Below are positions 1-11,841 of a DNA stretch of 64,000 nucleotides, one piece after another. How positions within the stretch are numbered: position 1 is the stretch's first letter; every line of letters starts with the position of its first letter. The stretch is taken from the NCBI RefSeq assembly GCF_030684315.1, contig NC_081377.1, forward strand, positions 32,922,001 through 32,986,000, written 5' to 3'. The translations under genes were made by a program, and so were the position numbers. The notes under the pieces were generated by a model, which was not told the origin of the DNA, searched no databases, and saw only the letters and a list, made by a program, of their open reading frames with translations. The DNA comes from Stegostoma tigrinum (Eukaryota).

Positions 1-3000
1 AAATGCTTGGTTTGTCGACGTGCGTTGTGTACTCGCTGGTAGTTCTGGATTCTTTCTCCATGATACCTGCAGAGTGTCACATATTTACAGAACAATGTTA
101 GTAAGGACAATGCAGATACATCACAACCGTCGTGACGCACGTCTCCTCCCACCGCCAGTAGTGGGCGACAGATCTATGGTAGCATCCCAGACAGTACACC
201 AACGCCCCCGTATGGACCGCCGGCGCGGCCCCACAGGCAGCCCCCGCATTGGACAACACACACATAACACACACACACAGTACCAAAGATTAGTATTCGA
301 CACATTCAGGTACATTAGGTACTACAAACTTGAGAACTAGAAAATATTTTTCTTAATTGCTGTTCTCCAGTTTGACAGGAACAAGGTTTTGAGGAACACA
401 CAGTTCCCAGTTTCAATATTTCATGCAGTAATTGAAAAATTCTCAATAGTTCAACACTGCTTCTCCTATAAGCAGAGCATCACTAGTGACAGCCTGTTAC
501 CAGTTGAACTTATGTGCAGTAAAAACATTCACATGTGGAAAATTCTCAGTCACTAACAAACTAAGAAGAAATTTGAATCACTTACCCAAATCCTCGTTTA
601 CACTTAGGGTTTTGTCCATCATTGTCCAGAGCATCAGCCAGACCGGAACGACTGGATCCAAGGCCTTGCCCATCTCTCCATCCCTGCTTTTCCATCACCT
701 TCCTGCCAATTCCCTAGGTAAGAATCAGAAAGTTCATAATGATCAACATTAGAATGACATCACGGACATCACAGACACTGTGGACTGAAGGAGCTGTTCC
801 TGTGCTGTACTGTTCTATGTTCAATTATACAAAAACAGCTCAGAATTATTCAGGGAGTACCACACTGTTGGGAAGTATAGTCAATAAAGCCTCTGAATAT
901 TTGTTTAGGGGACACAAAATCTTAGATAATTTTTCCCAAAGAAAAACAAGGCGTTGTATTGCAGCCAACATTTGTCTTTCAACCAACATCAATGCAACAT
1001 GCAAAACAGTCTGATCATTTAAGTTCCTGCCATGGATGATGCGTGCAATTGGCTTGTTTACTACAGAAGTAATTTAATTGTTATGAGAATTAAAAGATTG
1101 GAGAAGCTAAATAGTTCACTCTTGTTTCTAGAAGGCACGGTGGTTAATCCCACGGATGCAAAAGTTGCACATGTTTCCTATATAATTGCAGTAGCAATGA
1201 TTTGCAGTAAATCTACACACAGCATAAAGAGAAAATGCGGAAAATACTCTGCTGGTCTGATTGCATCTATGGAGTGAGAAACAGAATTAACATCTTAGAA
1301 CTGGAACCTTTCATCAGAACAATTTTGAAATGTTTTTATTTCAGATTTCAAGCATTCCCAGCATTTTCCTTTTGTGCAAGTCTATACACTTTGTCAGTTT
1401 GAAAAGCATTTAAAATGGTTACAACAAGATGCATTTTTAATAGTTGCTGATTCTCTGTTTCATATGAAGAGCAATAGAAACCAGATTATTACTAAAGTTT
1501 GCTGGAAGGCTCTGAATCAAGCAGACAGTCTAAACACACACATTTAGCAGAATCATCAGTTTATAATTATGAACTATTTGGAATAAGCAAAACAAAGAAA
1601 CATGCTTACCTTAGTATATCGTTCAAAACCTCCAATACGTGGGGACTGCACCGAGACATTCTCCTCACCCTCTCTCTGCCGTTGTTCTAGCCTCATCTGC
1701 ACATAATCCCGTGAATCTTTATCTCCTCCATCTGTGCAAAATTTGAAAAGTAACATTTTCCACGCTCTGCATTATAACAAAAACTCATTGTGGGCAAAGC
1801 TTTCTAACAGTCACTACTCAGGCAAAACAAGCAACTTGCATTCATGAGGGTCCACCATAATATTTCACCATTTTGTTGCATTTCCAAAGGATAATGAGGA
1901 ATCAAATTCCAAAGGCACATCAAATAGTAAAAAATCATAAAGAACCCATTCATCCAAACTGACCTTTATGATAATATACACTCATATCGACGTCCCAGTC
2001 ATCTGCCGTCTCCTCGTCAAAATCTGGAAGAAAGCAACAGAAATCAACCATTGACACCAGCCATTACCTGCCCATCAACCGAGCAACTACTGGACCAACC
2101 GTTTCATGTTTATTCCAATTCTAAAAATCCCCATATTACAACCTACCTCCTTTCTCCTCCTGCCAATATTGAGCATCTGTATAAAACACAAGTCCAGATC
2201 CTCCTTTTTCCCACTTGAGTTCAATCTCTTCCTCATAGAGTCGTTCCTTCGTCCTCTCCTGAGTCGTAACATCCTCGTAGAGCGCTTCATGCCTCTCCCA
2301 TTCCTCACATGTATCATTGTCCTGGGAAAAACACAAAGCTTGGTGACCAGCCACAAACACTACTTGCATTTATACAGTGTAACACAACAAAACTGTTCAT
2401 ACTGCACAACCCAAGAACCAGCCCCTTGAGCCATCTTTGACTATCTATCGATCCTAATTCAGGCTCAAGTTCCAATCCTTGCAGCACCCATCTCACCATG
2501 ATGCCAAAGGAGAATGCGTCTGGTGATGGGGCCACTTCAAAAATATCCATGACCTTTCCCCACACCAAAGCATGAAAATGTTACTTACTTCGTCAGAACA
2601 CGACTCCTCTCCCTCCACCTTATCCCCTCGCTTCAAAGACTTCCTGTGTCCTGTCCCTTGTTGCTTCTTTCCTGTCTGCAGCACAGGAGCACATACATCT
2701 CTCTGTGGGATTTCTCCTTCTACAGCTGTATACACTGCCTCTGTACACAAAGAGGAAGCAGTGTTCGGGTACTGAAAAGGAACATTACCATAACGCCTGT
2801 TGGAGGTTGTCTTGGGAAATTTCAGATCAAGCTTGGTGATGATGCGGGGAGGCAAACGGCATGTTTGGATCAATTCTAGGAAGACTCTCAGCGGCGTACC
2901 CACATTCCCATTGGGCATCAGCGTTGGGGGATTTAACTCTGGTAATCTGGACAAGTCCTCAGGTGTGAAAGTCTCACTTAGAGCTCTCCGACTCCGAAGT

Positions 3001-5597
3001 TCCTTTCTGGTTTTGTACGAGAACAGCTGAGAATCTGTTGAAGAAAACCAATAATGAATATAGATCTCTTCCCATACAGAATAACAAAATCCAAAAATGT
3101 GTACACACTAAAATCTCCAGACACATGGTCTAGGTGGGTTGCTGTTCAGAGGGTAGGTACAGACATGAGGGGCTGAATGCACTACAGGCATCTATGAAAC
3201 TGCCAAATGGTACTTGCAATAGAATTGGACAGGTCCTCCTTCCAACCTACAAATTGCTTCCCAGATTCATGATACTTTATAGTGGCACTGATCTGCTCAT
3301 ATAGGTCTGAAGGTGGAAAGTTCAGCCAGCCAAGCTATAAGATTTCATTACTTGAAATAGATAGCATATTTTAAACAACAAAACTTCATAGGAGAGTTAT
3401 CTAGTTTTGGATCAGTAGTGGGGAAACTATTGGAAAAATTCTGAAATTTTCAAAGATTGGATTTCTGCTTAGAGAAGCATTAATCAATCAAGATGGGCAG
3501 ATTAGAGATTTTGTCTAACAAGTTTGATTCAATTTTTCCCAGTGACCATGTGTACATGAGGGTAGTGGAGTTGATGTTGTCTGCATGGACTTAGAGTCAT
3601 AGAGGTACACAGCACAGGAACAGACTGTAGAGTCCAATTCATCCATGCCGACCAGATATCCTACATAAATCTAGTCCCATTTGCCAGCATTTGGCATGTA
3701 TCCCTCTAAATCCTTCCTATTCTTACACCTATCCAGATGCCTTTTAAATGTAATCATACAAGCTTCCACTACGTTCTTTGGCAACTCATTCCATACTTCA
3801 GTAAGGTTTTTGACAAGGTTTCACATGGCAACTACTCAGAAGCCTGTGGATTTTGGGGAAAATTGGAAATTCAAAATAGGCTTAGCAACAGGAAGCAGTC
3901 CATGTCCAAGATTTGACGCTGCATCCTTTGCTGTTTGTAGACTACATTAATGATTTAGACATAAATGTAGGAAGAATGATCAGTAAGTTAACAGATAACA
4001 AAAACTGATGGTATTATAAATAGCAAGGAGGAGAGCCTTAGACGACAGGACAATATAGACAGCCTGGTCAGTTAGGCTGAACAATGCAAATGGAATTTAA
4101 TACAGCAAATTGTGAGGAGATACATTTTGGGAGGACTAACAGAGCATATTCTACTAGCTCTGCTAAACTTCTCTACCATTCTGTGTTTGTTTCAGATTAC
4201 GAGCATCCACTATACTTTGCTTTTCATGTGCAGTTTTAAGATGAGGAGCAGAAAGTTTAAGGGGCTTTGAGGAATTTGCTGGCTGAAAGGGTGGCAGGGA
4301 TACTTAGGACAGGAATTGTTTGTTGGCTTGCCAAACTGACTGGATTTCGTGCAAATGTTTTGTCTCCCTTCTAGGCGAGATTGTCAGTGCTGTGCTGTGT
4401 AGCCTCTGTTAAAGCTCTGTTGTTCTGTCCCACTCTGAATTTATATGGTCCAGTCTGTCACGGTGGGCAGACTTGTAATATAGTGGTATGTAGACAGGTC
4501 TATTTCAACATGTTTGTTAATTGCATCGATGGTGGAAAATCAGACCTCCAGGAATTCTTGCACTTGTCTTTGTTGCGCTTGTCTTAGTACTGTAACTTTG
4601 TCCCTGTCAAATTGATGTCCTTCTGTGTTGGAGTATATTGAACCGAGGAGGAATTGGTCGTGCTGTTTTGCTGCGAGTTGGTGTTCATCTATCCTGGTGA
4701 TGAGTTTCCTGCCCATCTGGCCTATGTAGTGTTTCTCACAGTTGCTGCATGGTATTTTATATACCACATTTGTTCTGCTCATTGTGGGTATGGGGACTTT
4801 CGTCTTTGAGAGCAACTAGCAAAGTGTGGCTGTTAGTTTGTGTGCAATCCTTATTCCAAGAGGTTGTAGTTAGTTCTGATGAGTTTTTAACATAGGGTAG
4901 GGTGGCCAGTGTGTTGGGGTGTCTTCTTGGTATTGGTTGTTGACCAGGCATTGGCGGACGAAGCTGTGAGGATAACCATTGTTTGCAAAGACTCTGTTTG
5001 GTGTTTCTCTTTATTTTGCGCAGCTCTGGATGTGACATGAGTCAAACAGAGTTTAAACATGAATTTAAACAGAGTCCTGACACAGTTCTGTTTGTGAACA
5101 TTGGGATGGTTACTGTTGTAATTCAAGATTTGGTCTGTGTGTGTAATCTTTCTGTATACGCTGGTAAAGAATTCGCCGTTGTTCTTTCATTACGTCTTTC
5201 ATTACGCCATTACATCAACACCAACTCGTAGCAACTGCCCCCTCCCCCAACCCTGACCTGCAATCTCTGCCGCTCGGACGATACGGATAAAGCAGCGACT
5301 CTGCAAACTGTCTCCGACCCTATCCAGCCACTGACAGCCATCGTACATCAGCTGAAAGCTGGAGGCTCGCTCAGCTGGCAGCCGAACCACACAGCAACAG
5401 GTCGGGCTGCGGCCTGGCTCCGGTGCTGTGTCCTGCGTCGAAGAAAGCGGCCTCCTCCTTTCGGGCCGGTGCCGATAATGAAAACAGCTGAAGCCACCGC
5501 TCTCAGTGAACTGTGAGAACTGATGGCGAAGATCAGCAGAACGAAGACTGCGCGGAATATTCCCGACAACAGCATAAACGTAATCCTGTGCCGCCAT
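1..5597 (-). CDS. GPATCH3: G-patch domain-containing protein 3; 7 coding exons, last exon runs off the left edge
   Basis: Exons with phase-consistent GT-AG junctions: 5597-5258 (MAAQDYVYAVVGNIPRSLRSADLR..FHYRHRPE), 3034-2589 (LPELNPPTLMPNGNVGTPLRVFLELI..RRYGNVPFQY), 2321-2147 (EEWERHEALYEDV..KWEKGGSGLVFYTDAQYW), 2023-1964 (DFDEETADDWDVDMSVYY), 1731-1610 (DGGDKDSRDYVQMRLE..GGFERYTK), 713-586 (G-patch GIGRKVMEKQGWRDGQGLG), 66-1 (YHGERIQ...). Motifs match recalled vertebrate GPATCH3; syntenic with NR0B2/NUDC/KDF1. Confidence 0.95.
3385..4145. mobile_element. Old CR1 LINE fragments with a nested CR1 3' end (3592-3797, minus)
   Basis: Decayed RT-like stretches (VCMDL..FDKVSHG; CEEIHFGRTN) and a CR1 3' UTR resembling the copies at 14617 and 62122. 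Confidence 0.6.
4310..5200 (-). mobile_element. Degenerate Penelope-like element (Poseidon-type GIY-YIG endonuclease end) in GPATCH3 intron 1
   Basis: ORF 4540-4815 NVVYKIPCSNCEKHYIGQMGRKLITRIDEH (GIY-YIG); upstream fragments NYNSNHPNVHKQNCVRTLF and TLPYVK; several frameshifts; decayed hammerhead-like motif at ~4356-4387. Confidence 0.8.
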
Positions 5598-5633
5598 CTT
5601 TCAGATTGGCAGAGTTCGATTACGCCTGCGCAC
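5591..5633 (-). promoter_or_regulatory. GPATCH3 proximal promoter/start-site motifs
   Basis: YY1-type AAGATGGCGG overlapping the ATG (5591-5600), CCAAT box (ATTGG ~5605-5609), NRF1-like TGCGCAGGCGTA (~5621-5632); locally CpG-rich. Confidence 0.55.
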
Positions 5634-5811
5634 TGGACATTTAGCACTATCCTGGCGACGAATATTGCTGTCTGTTCAGATACTATACACTGCATGCTCG
5701 GTGACAATCTTCAACTTCTACGTTGGGATATAATAATTTTTGTCAAGGTATTGCAATGATTTGCCTTTGCTTGCTGACCAGGACTTTTTCCCTGTGCTTG
5801 CGTGCCTTTAG

Positions 5812-8166
5812 ATTAGAACATAGAAAAGTACAGCACAGTACAGGCCCTTCGGCCCACGATGTTGTGCTGTGGAATAATCCTAATCCAAAAATAAAATAAC
5901 CTAACCTACATTCCCCTCAATTCACTGCTGTCCATGTGCATGTCCAGCAGTCACTTAAATGACACTAATGACTCTGCTTCCACGACTACCACTGGTAAAC
6001 TATTCCATGCGCTCACAACTCTCTGGGTGAAGAACCTCCCTCTGACATCTCCTTTATACCTTCCTCCTAACACCTTAAAACTATGACCCCTCGTGGCAGT
6101 CAATCCTGCCCTGGGGAAAAGTCTCTGGCTATCAACTCTATCCATGCCTCTCATTACCTTGTACACCTTGATCAGGTCACCTCTCTTCCTCCTTCACTCC
6201 AGAGGGAAAAGTCCGAGCTCAGTCAACCTCTCCTCGTATGACAAGCCCTCCAGTCCAGGCAGCATCCTGGTAAACCTCCTTTGCACCCTCTCCAAAGCCT
6301 CCACATCTTTCCTATAATAGTGCGACCAGAACTGGACACAATATTCCAAGTGTGGTCTCACCAGGGTTTTGTAGAGCTGCAGCATAACCTTGCGGCACTT
6401 AAACTCGATCCCCCTGTTAATGAAAGCCAAAACACCATATGCTTTCTTAACAACCTTATCCACCTGGGTGGCAACTTTGAGGGAGCTAAGCACTTGAACA
6501 CCAAGATCCTGCTGTTCCTCCACACTGCCGAGAATCCTGCCTTTAATCCTATATTCAGCATTTAAGTTCGACCTTCCAAAATGCATCACTTCGCATTTAT
6601 CCAGGTTGAAATCCATCTGCCATTTCTCAGCCCAGCTCTGCATTCTGTCAATGACTCGCTGAAGCGTGCAATAGCCCTCGATACTATCAACGGCACCTCC
6701 AACCTTTGTGTCATCAGCAAACATACTAACCCTCCCCTCAACCTCCTCATGCAAGTCATTTATAAAAACTACAAAGAGCAGAGGCCCAAGAACAGAGCCC
6801 TGCGGGACACCACTCAGCACTGACTTCCTGGCAGAATACTTACCATCTACAACCACTCTCTGCCTCCTGTCAGCCAACCAATTCTGAATCCAGACAGCCA
6901 CATCACCCTGCATCCCATACCTCCTGACTTTATGAATGAGCCTGCCATGAGGAACCTTATCAAAGGTGAAGTCCATGTACACCACCTCCACTGCTCGACC
7001 CTCGTCAACCTGTCTCGTGACTTCCTCAAAGAACTTAATATGATTTGTAAGACATGACCTGCCCCTCACAAAGCCATGCTGACTCCCTTTAATCACGCTA
7101 TGCTTTTCCAAATAGTCATAAATACTATCCCTCAGAATTCTTTCCAAAACCTTGCTGACCACAGACGTAAGACTGACTGGTCTGTAATTTCCAGGGATTT
7201 CCCTATTCCCTTTCTTGAAAAGAGGAACAACATTTGCCTCCCTCCAATCTTCCGGTACGACTCCCGTGGAGAGTGAGGAAGCAAAGATCTTCGCCAGCAG
7301 CTTAGCAACCTCCTTTCTCGCTTCCCGGAGCAACCTAGGATAAATCTGGTCTGGCCCTGGGGACTTATCAATCTTAATGTTTGTCAAAATTTCCAGCACA
7401 TCAACTTCCTCAATCTTGATCCGTTCAAGCCTGTTTTCCTGCTCCTCAAAGTTCTCATTCACAACAAGGTCCCTTTCCTAAGTGAAAACCGAAGCAAAAA
7501 ACTCATTTAGAGCTTCCCCTATCTGCTCAGACTCCACGCACAAGTTCCCCACGCTTTCCCTGATCAGCCCTACCTTCTCCCTGATCATTCTCATTCCTCA
7601 CGTATGAGTAAAATGCCTTCGGGTTCTCCCTAATCCTTCCTGCCAAGCCTTTTTCGTGCCCCCTCCTGGCCCTCCTCAGTCCACTTTTGAGCTCCTTCCC
7701 AGCAAGCCTGTATCCTCTAAAGCTGTGCTAGACCCTTGCTTCCTCTACCTTACGTACGCTGCCTTTTTCTTTTTGACAAGAAGCACCTCTGTACCCGTCA
7801 TCCAAGACTCCTTAATCTTACCTCTTCTTACCTGTCTCAGAGGAACAAATTTATACATCACTCGCAACAACTGCTCCTTAAACAGCCTCCACATATCTGC
7901 TGTGCCCTTTCTGTGGAACAATTGCTCCCAATCTGTACTTCCCAACTCCTGTCTGATAGCATCATAGTTACCTTTACCCCAGTTAAATATCTTCCTCTGG
8001 TAACTGCTCCTTTCCCTTTCCATGGCTATGGTAAATGTGAGGCTGTTGTGGTCACTGTCGCCAAAGTGTTCTCCCACCACGAGATCTGACACCTGTCCTG
8101 GCTCATTGCCGAGCACCAAATCCAAAATGGCCTCCCCCCTCGTCGGCCTGTCCACGTACTGAGTAA
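5812..8166 (-). mobile_element. Young 5'-truncated CR1 LINE (ORF2: endonuclease end, RT, C-terminus, 3' UTR)
   Basis: ORFs 7745-8155 (PTRGEAILDLVLGN..SDHN), 6194-7462 (KSPGPD, NYRPVSLTS, GVPQGSVLGPLLF, FADDTK), 5951-6166; few stops; 3' tail CTGTACTTTTCTATGTTCTAA at ~5812-5832. Confidence 0.95.
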
Positions 8167-8274
8167 GGATTGTTTGTGGAGCATTTATAAATTGGTGCTA
8201 AACTTCTTTGGCCATAATATAATAATGCACCGTTTTTGGTCAAGTCCTGGAGCGTTACATGGACCCAGAGTTTC

Positions 8275-8420
8275 TGGCTGTCAGATAAGATGTTTAACCA
8301 AGGGCCTGGATGCCTGCATAGGTCAATATTAAAAATCCCATATGGCACTATTCCAAAAAAGAGGAGGGGATAATGTCCCTCGCGGCCTGGACCAATATTT
8401 ATCCTTCAGTCAATATCACT
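8275..8420 (+). mobile_element. Deu-domain SINE fragment (SacSINE1/AmnSINE1-like)
   Basis: AAAAATCCCATATGGCACTATT...CCTGGACCAATATTTATCCTTCAGTCAATATCAC resembles the recalled Deu-domain consensus; related pieces at ~29140-29330 (-). Confidence 0.6.
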
Positions 8421-9067
8421 AGTTATCAACCCATCACACTGAAACATTAGCTTTATTTCTTCTCTTCTCATGCTGCCTAACCACTGAGTATTCGGGTTCA
8501 GTTTTCCAGCATCCAAAGTATTCTGTTTATGTCCTTAAAGTTGCCTTATCTCTGTCTTTAACTGTTACTGGTGTTCCCTGAGCAGCAATTCAGCTTCAAA
8601 GATCTAATTTTCATCAACAGGATAGAGCAGCAGATATTGGTGACCGAGACTTTATACAGAGCTGTAGGATGTGCTTTGCTGGCGTATTAGGAGAAAGGAG
8701 TGATACATAAGAGAGAAAAAAAGTCAGCAAGTCCTGAGAATGGAAGCCCAGAGTCATTAATAAGATGAATGATTGAGCTTTAAGGCTTGTTTGTCTCTTT
8801 AAACTAGAGCAATAATTTTAAATGGTTTTGGGGAGAAATAAGTACAATATTAAATCTATTGTTCAACTATTTAAACTTCATAATATGACTATGGACAATA
8901 ATTGAGTCATATTTCTAAACATGAAGCTTAAAGAGACAGAGCAGTTCAGGGAACAAGTCACATTAGCAGAGATAATGGGAACTGCAGATGCTGGAGATTC
9001 CAAGATAATAAAATGTGAGGCTGGATGAACACAGCAGGCCAAGCAGCATCTCAGGAGCACAAAAGCT

Positions 9068-9095
9068 GACGTTTCGGGCCTAGACCCTTCATCAG
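9068..9095 (-). ncRNA. Minimal type I hammerhead ribozyme motif (inverted arm copy)
   Basis: Exact reverse complement of 10757-10784. Confidence 0.7.
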
Positions 9096-10399
9096 AGAGG
9101 GGGATGGGGGGAGGGAACTGGAATAAATAGGGAGAGAGGGGGAGGCGGACCGAAGATGGAGAGTAAAGAAGATAGGTGGAGAAGGTGTGGGTGGGGAGGT
9201 AGGGAGGGGATAGGTCATTCCAGGGAAGACGGACAGGTCAAGCAGGTGGGATGAGGTTAGTAGGTAGCTGGGGGTGCGGCTTGGGGTGGGAGGAAGGGAT
9301 GGGTGAGAGGAAGAACCGGTTAGGGAGGCAGAGACAGGTTGGACTGGTTTTGGGATGCAGTGGGTGGGGGGGAAGAGCTGGGCTGGTTGTGTGGTGCAGT
9401 GGGGGGAGGGGATGAACTGGGCTGGTTTAGGGATGCAGTGGGGGAAGGGGAGATTTTGAAACTGGTGAAGTCCACATTGATACCATATGGCTGCAGGGTT
9501 CCCAGGCGGAATATGAGTTGCTGTTCCTGCAACCTTCGGGTGGCATCATTGTGGCAGTGCAGGAGGCCCATGATGGACATGTCATCAAGAGAATGGGAGG
9601 GGGAGTGGAAATGGTTTGCGACTGGGAGGTGCAGTAGGATATTCCACTCCCGCACATCCCAGATGTCCAAGTTCTTTAAGGACCGCAACTTCCCCCCCAC
9701 GGTGATTGAGAACGCCCTTGACCGCGTCTCCCGCATTTCCCGCGACACATCCCTCACACCCCGCCCCCGCCACAACCGCCCCAAGAGGATCCCCCTCGTT
9801 CTCACACACCACCCTACCAACCTCCGGATACAACGCATTATCCTCCGACACTTCCGCCATTTACAATCCGACCCCACCACCCAAGACATTTTTCCATCCC
9901 CACCCCTGTCTGCTTTCCGGAGAGACCACTCTCTCCGTGACTCCCTTGTTCGCTCCACACTGCCCTCCAACCCCACCACACCCGGCACCTTCCCCTGCAA
10001 CCGCAGGAAATGCTACACTTGTCCCCACACCTCCTCCCTCACCCCCATCCCAGGCCCCAAGATGACATTCCACATTAAGCAGAGGTTCACCTGCACATCT
10101 GCCAATGTGGTATACTGCATCCACTGTACCCGGTGCGGCTTTCTCTACATTGGGGAAACCAAGCGGAGGCTTGGGGACCGCTTTGCAGAACACCTCCGCT
10201 CAGTTCGCAACAAACAACTGCACCTCCCAGTCGCAAACCATTTCCACTCCCCCTCCCATTCTCTTGATGACATGTCCATCATGGGCCTCCTGCACTGCCA
10301 CAATGATGCCACCCGAAGGTTGCAGGAACAGCAACTCATATTCCGCCTGGGAACCCTGCAGCCATATGGTATCAATGTGGACTTCACCAGTTTCAAAAT

Positions 10400-10516
10400 C
10401 TCCCCTTCCCCCACTGCATCCCTAAACCAGCCCAGTTCATCCCCTCCCCCCACTGCACCACACAACCAGCCCAGCTCTTCCCCCCCACCCACTGCATCCC
10501 AAAACCAGTCCAACCT
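10400..10516 (+). repeat. 39-bp tandem repeat x3 in the Penelope ORF tail (mirrored at ~9336-9452)
   Basis: Translates as SPSPTASLNQPSS / SPPPTAPHNQPSS / SPPPTASQNQSNL. Confidence 0.8.
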
Positions 10517-10756
10517 GTCTCTGCCTCCCTAACCGGTTCTTCCTCTCACCCATCCCTTCCTCCCACCCCAAGCCGCACCCCCAGCTACCTACTAACCTCA
10601 TCCCACCTGCTTGACCTGTCCGTCTTCCCTGGACTGACCTATCCCCTCCCTACCTCCCCACCCACACCTTCTCCACCTATCTTCTTTACTCTCCATCTTC
10701 GGTCCGCCTCCCCCTCTCTCCCTATTTATTCCAGTTCCCTCCCCCCATCCCCCTCT

Positions 10757-10784
10757 CTGATGAAGGGTCTAGGCCCGAAACGTC
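10757..10784 (+). ncRNA. Minimal type I hammerhead ribozyme motif in the Penelope pLTR
   Basis: CTGATGA-A-GGGT(CTAG)GCCC-GAAA-CGTC: intact core, helix II, palindromic ACGT helix III, GUC cleavage triplet; helix I only ~2 bp (CT/AG). Confidence 0.7.
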
Positions 10785-11841
10785 AGCTTTTGTGCTCCTG
10801 AGATGCTGCTTGGCCTGCTGTGTTCATCCAGCCTCACATTTTATTAAGTCACATTAGCAGTTGGTTTTAGTTTGTGAAACTTCCAAATCAGAAAACTTTG
10901 GCTGGAAATCTGCAGGTTATTAGAACCGAGAAAGTTTAAGTTCTCAGATTTGAGAGAAGCTCATGTCACCAGCAATGTTTCCACTTAAGCTATGTAATTG
11001 CAACAGCTATTCTGAGTGTCCATGCATGCAGATTAGCAGACCAACTCATTTACTCTCAGTTTCTCAGCTGTTGCTGTGCAAGGACTTTGGAATTCTGCAC
11101 AGCAGGCGGAGAAGTTGGAGGAAATGTAGATCAACAGGCTTGGTAAAGATTGATTAAATTTTATCCACAGTCCATGCAAAGCAACTATAAGAAGTCAGTT
11201 AAGTAAAACCTCAGAGAGTTTAGGTTGGTGTGTATTTTCTCTGATGTTGAGTTCCTATAATGGACAGTGTTGAGAAATGGATTCAAACTTTGTCCTGCTG
11301 TATGTTTTAGATCTTGATATTATTACAATCCATTTAGGAAATTATTTTGATTCTCAAATACCACCACTACTGTAAAAGTTAATGGTTTGGTTTAATCAAA
11401 GTACACAAAGTCCCCAATGGAATCAATTTTCAGAAAGTGCTGACGAGGTGTTCATAATTATCAAGAATTCTGAACAGTACGTTCTAACCATTGGTAAGTA
11501 AAACTGTGAAATACCAATATAAAACTCAAGTAATCCCTTTTGATCTCCTATACGCGCATATAGACAGACACACACAATAAAGAAAAACACAGGTATTATG
11601 GGTAGATGGAAAAAAATGGGGTGAATACAGTTCAATAGCACAAGTCCACACAGTTTGATGAGTTACTCCTGTTGCTTCCTGAGATTTCCTGTTCTTTGAA
11701 ATCCTTCCTCCAGCTCATTTCACTTCTTCACAGAAGTCACAGGGCTATGCTACATTAATTACAAAGTCTCTTGGTCACTGGTCAAATACAACAACTTACA
11801 TCAACCAGTGGGAGAAAAAAAATGACTTTCTTCAACTTCAG

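Larger units (their letters stand above)
8970..10845 (+). mobile_element. Young Penelope-like retroelement with inverted (fold-back) pseudo-LTR structure and 15-bp TSD
   Basis: GIY-YIG domain NVVYCIHCTRCGFLYIGETKRRLGDRFAEH; arms 9006-9635 and 10217-10846 are reverse complements; TSD AAGTCACATTAGCAG at 8955-8969 and 10846-10860. Confidence 0.92.

Noticed and set aside
10400-10516. CRISPR-like or functional repeat array
   Set aside because: Three abutting 39-bp units with no spacers, inside a retroelement in a vertebrate context.
9339-10532. 397-aa ORF (and the mirror 226-aa ORF 9320-10000) as a novel gene
   Set aside because: It starts at TTG, and the first ~99 codons are the antisense of its own C-terminus read across the inversion point. 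Only the Penelope linker/GIY-YIG part is meaningful, and it lacks the RT.
11771-11841. N-terminal part of the 292-aa ORF as a host-LINE fusion gene
   Set aside because: A chance in-frame run from flanking DNA across the TSD into a truncated CR1; no promoter or splice evidence.
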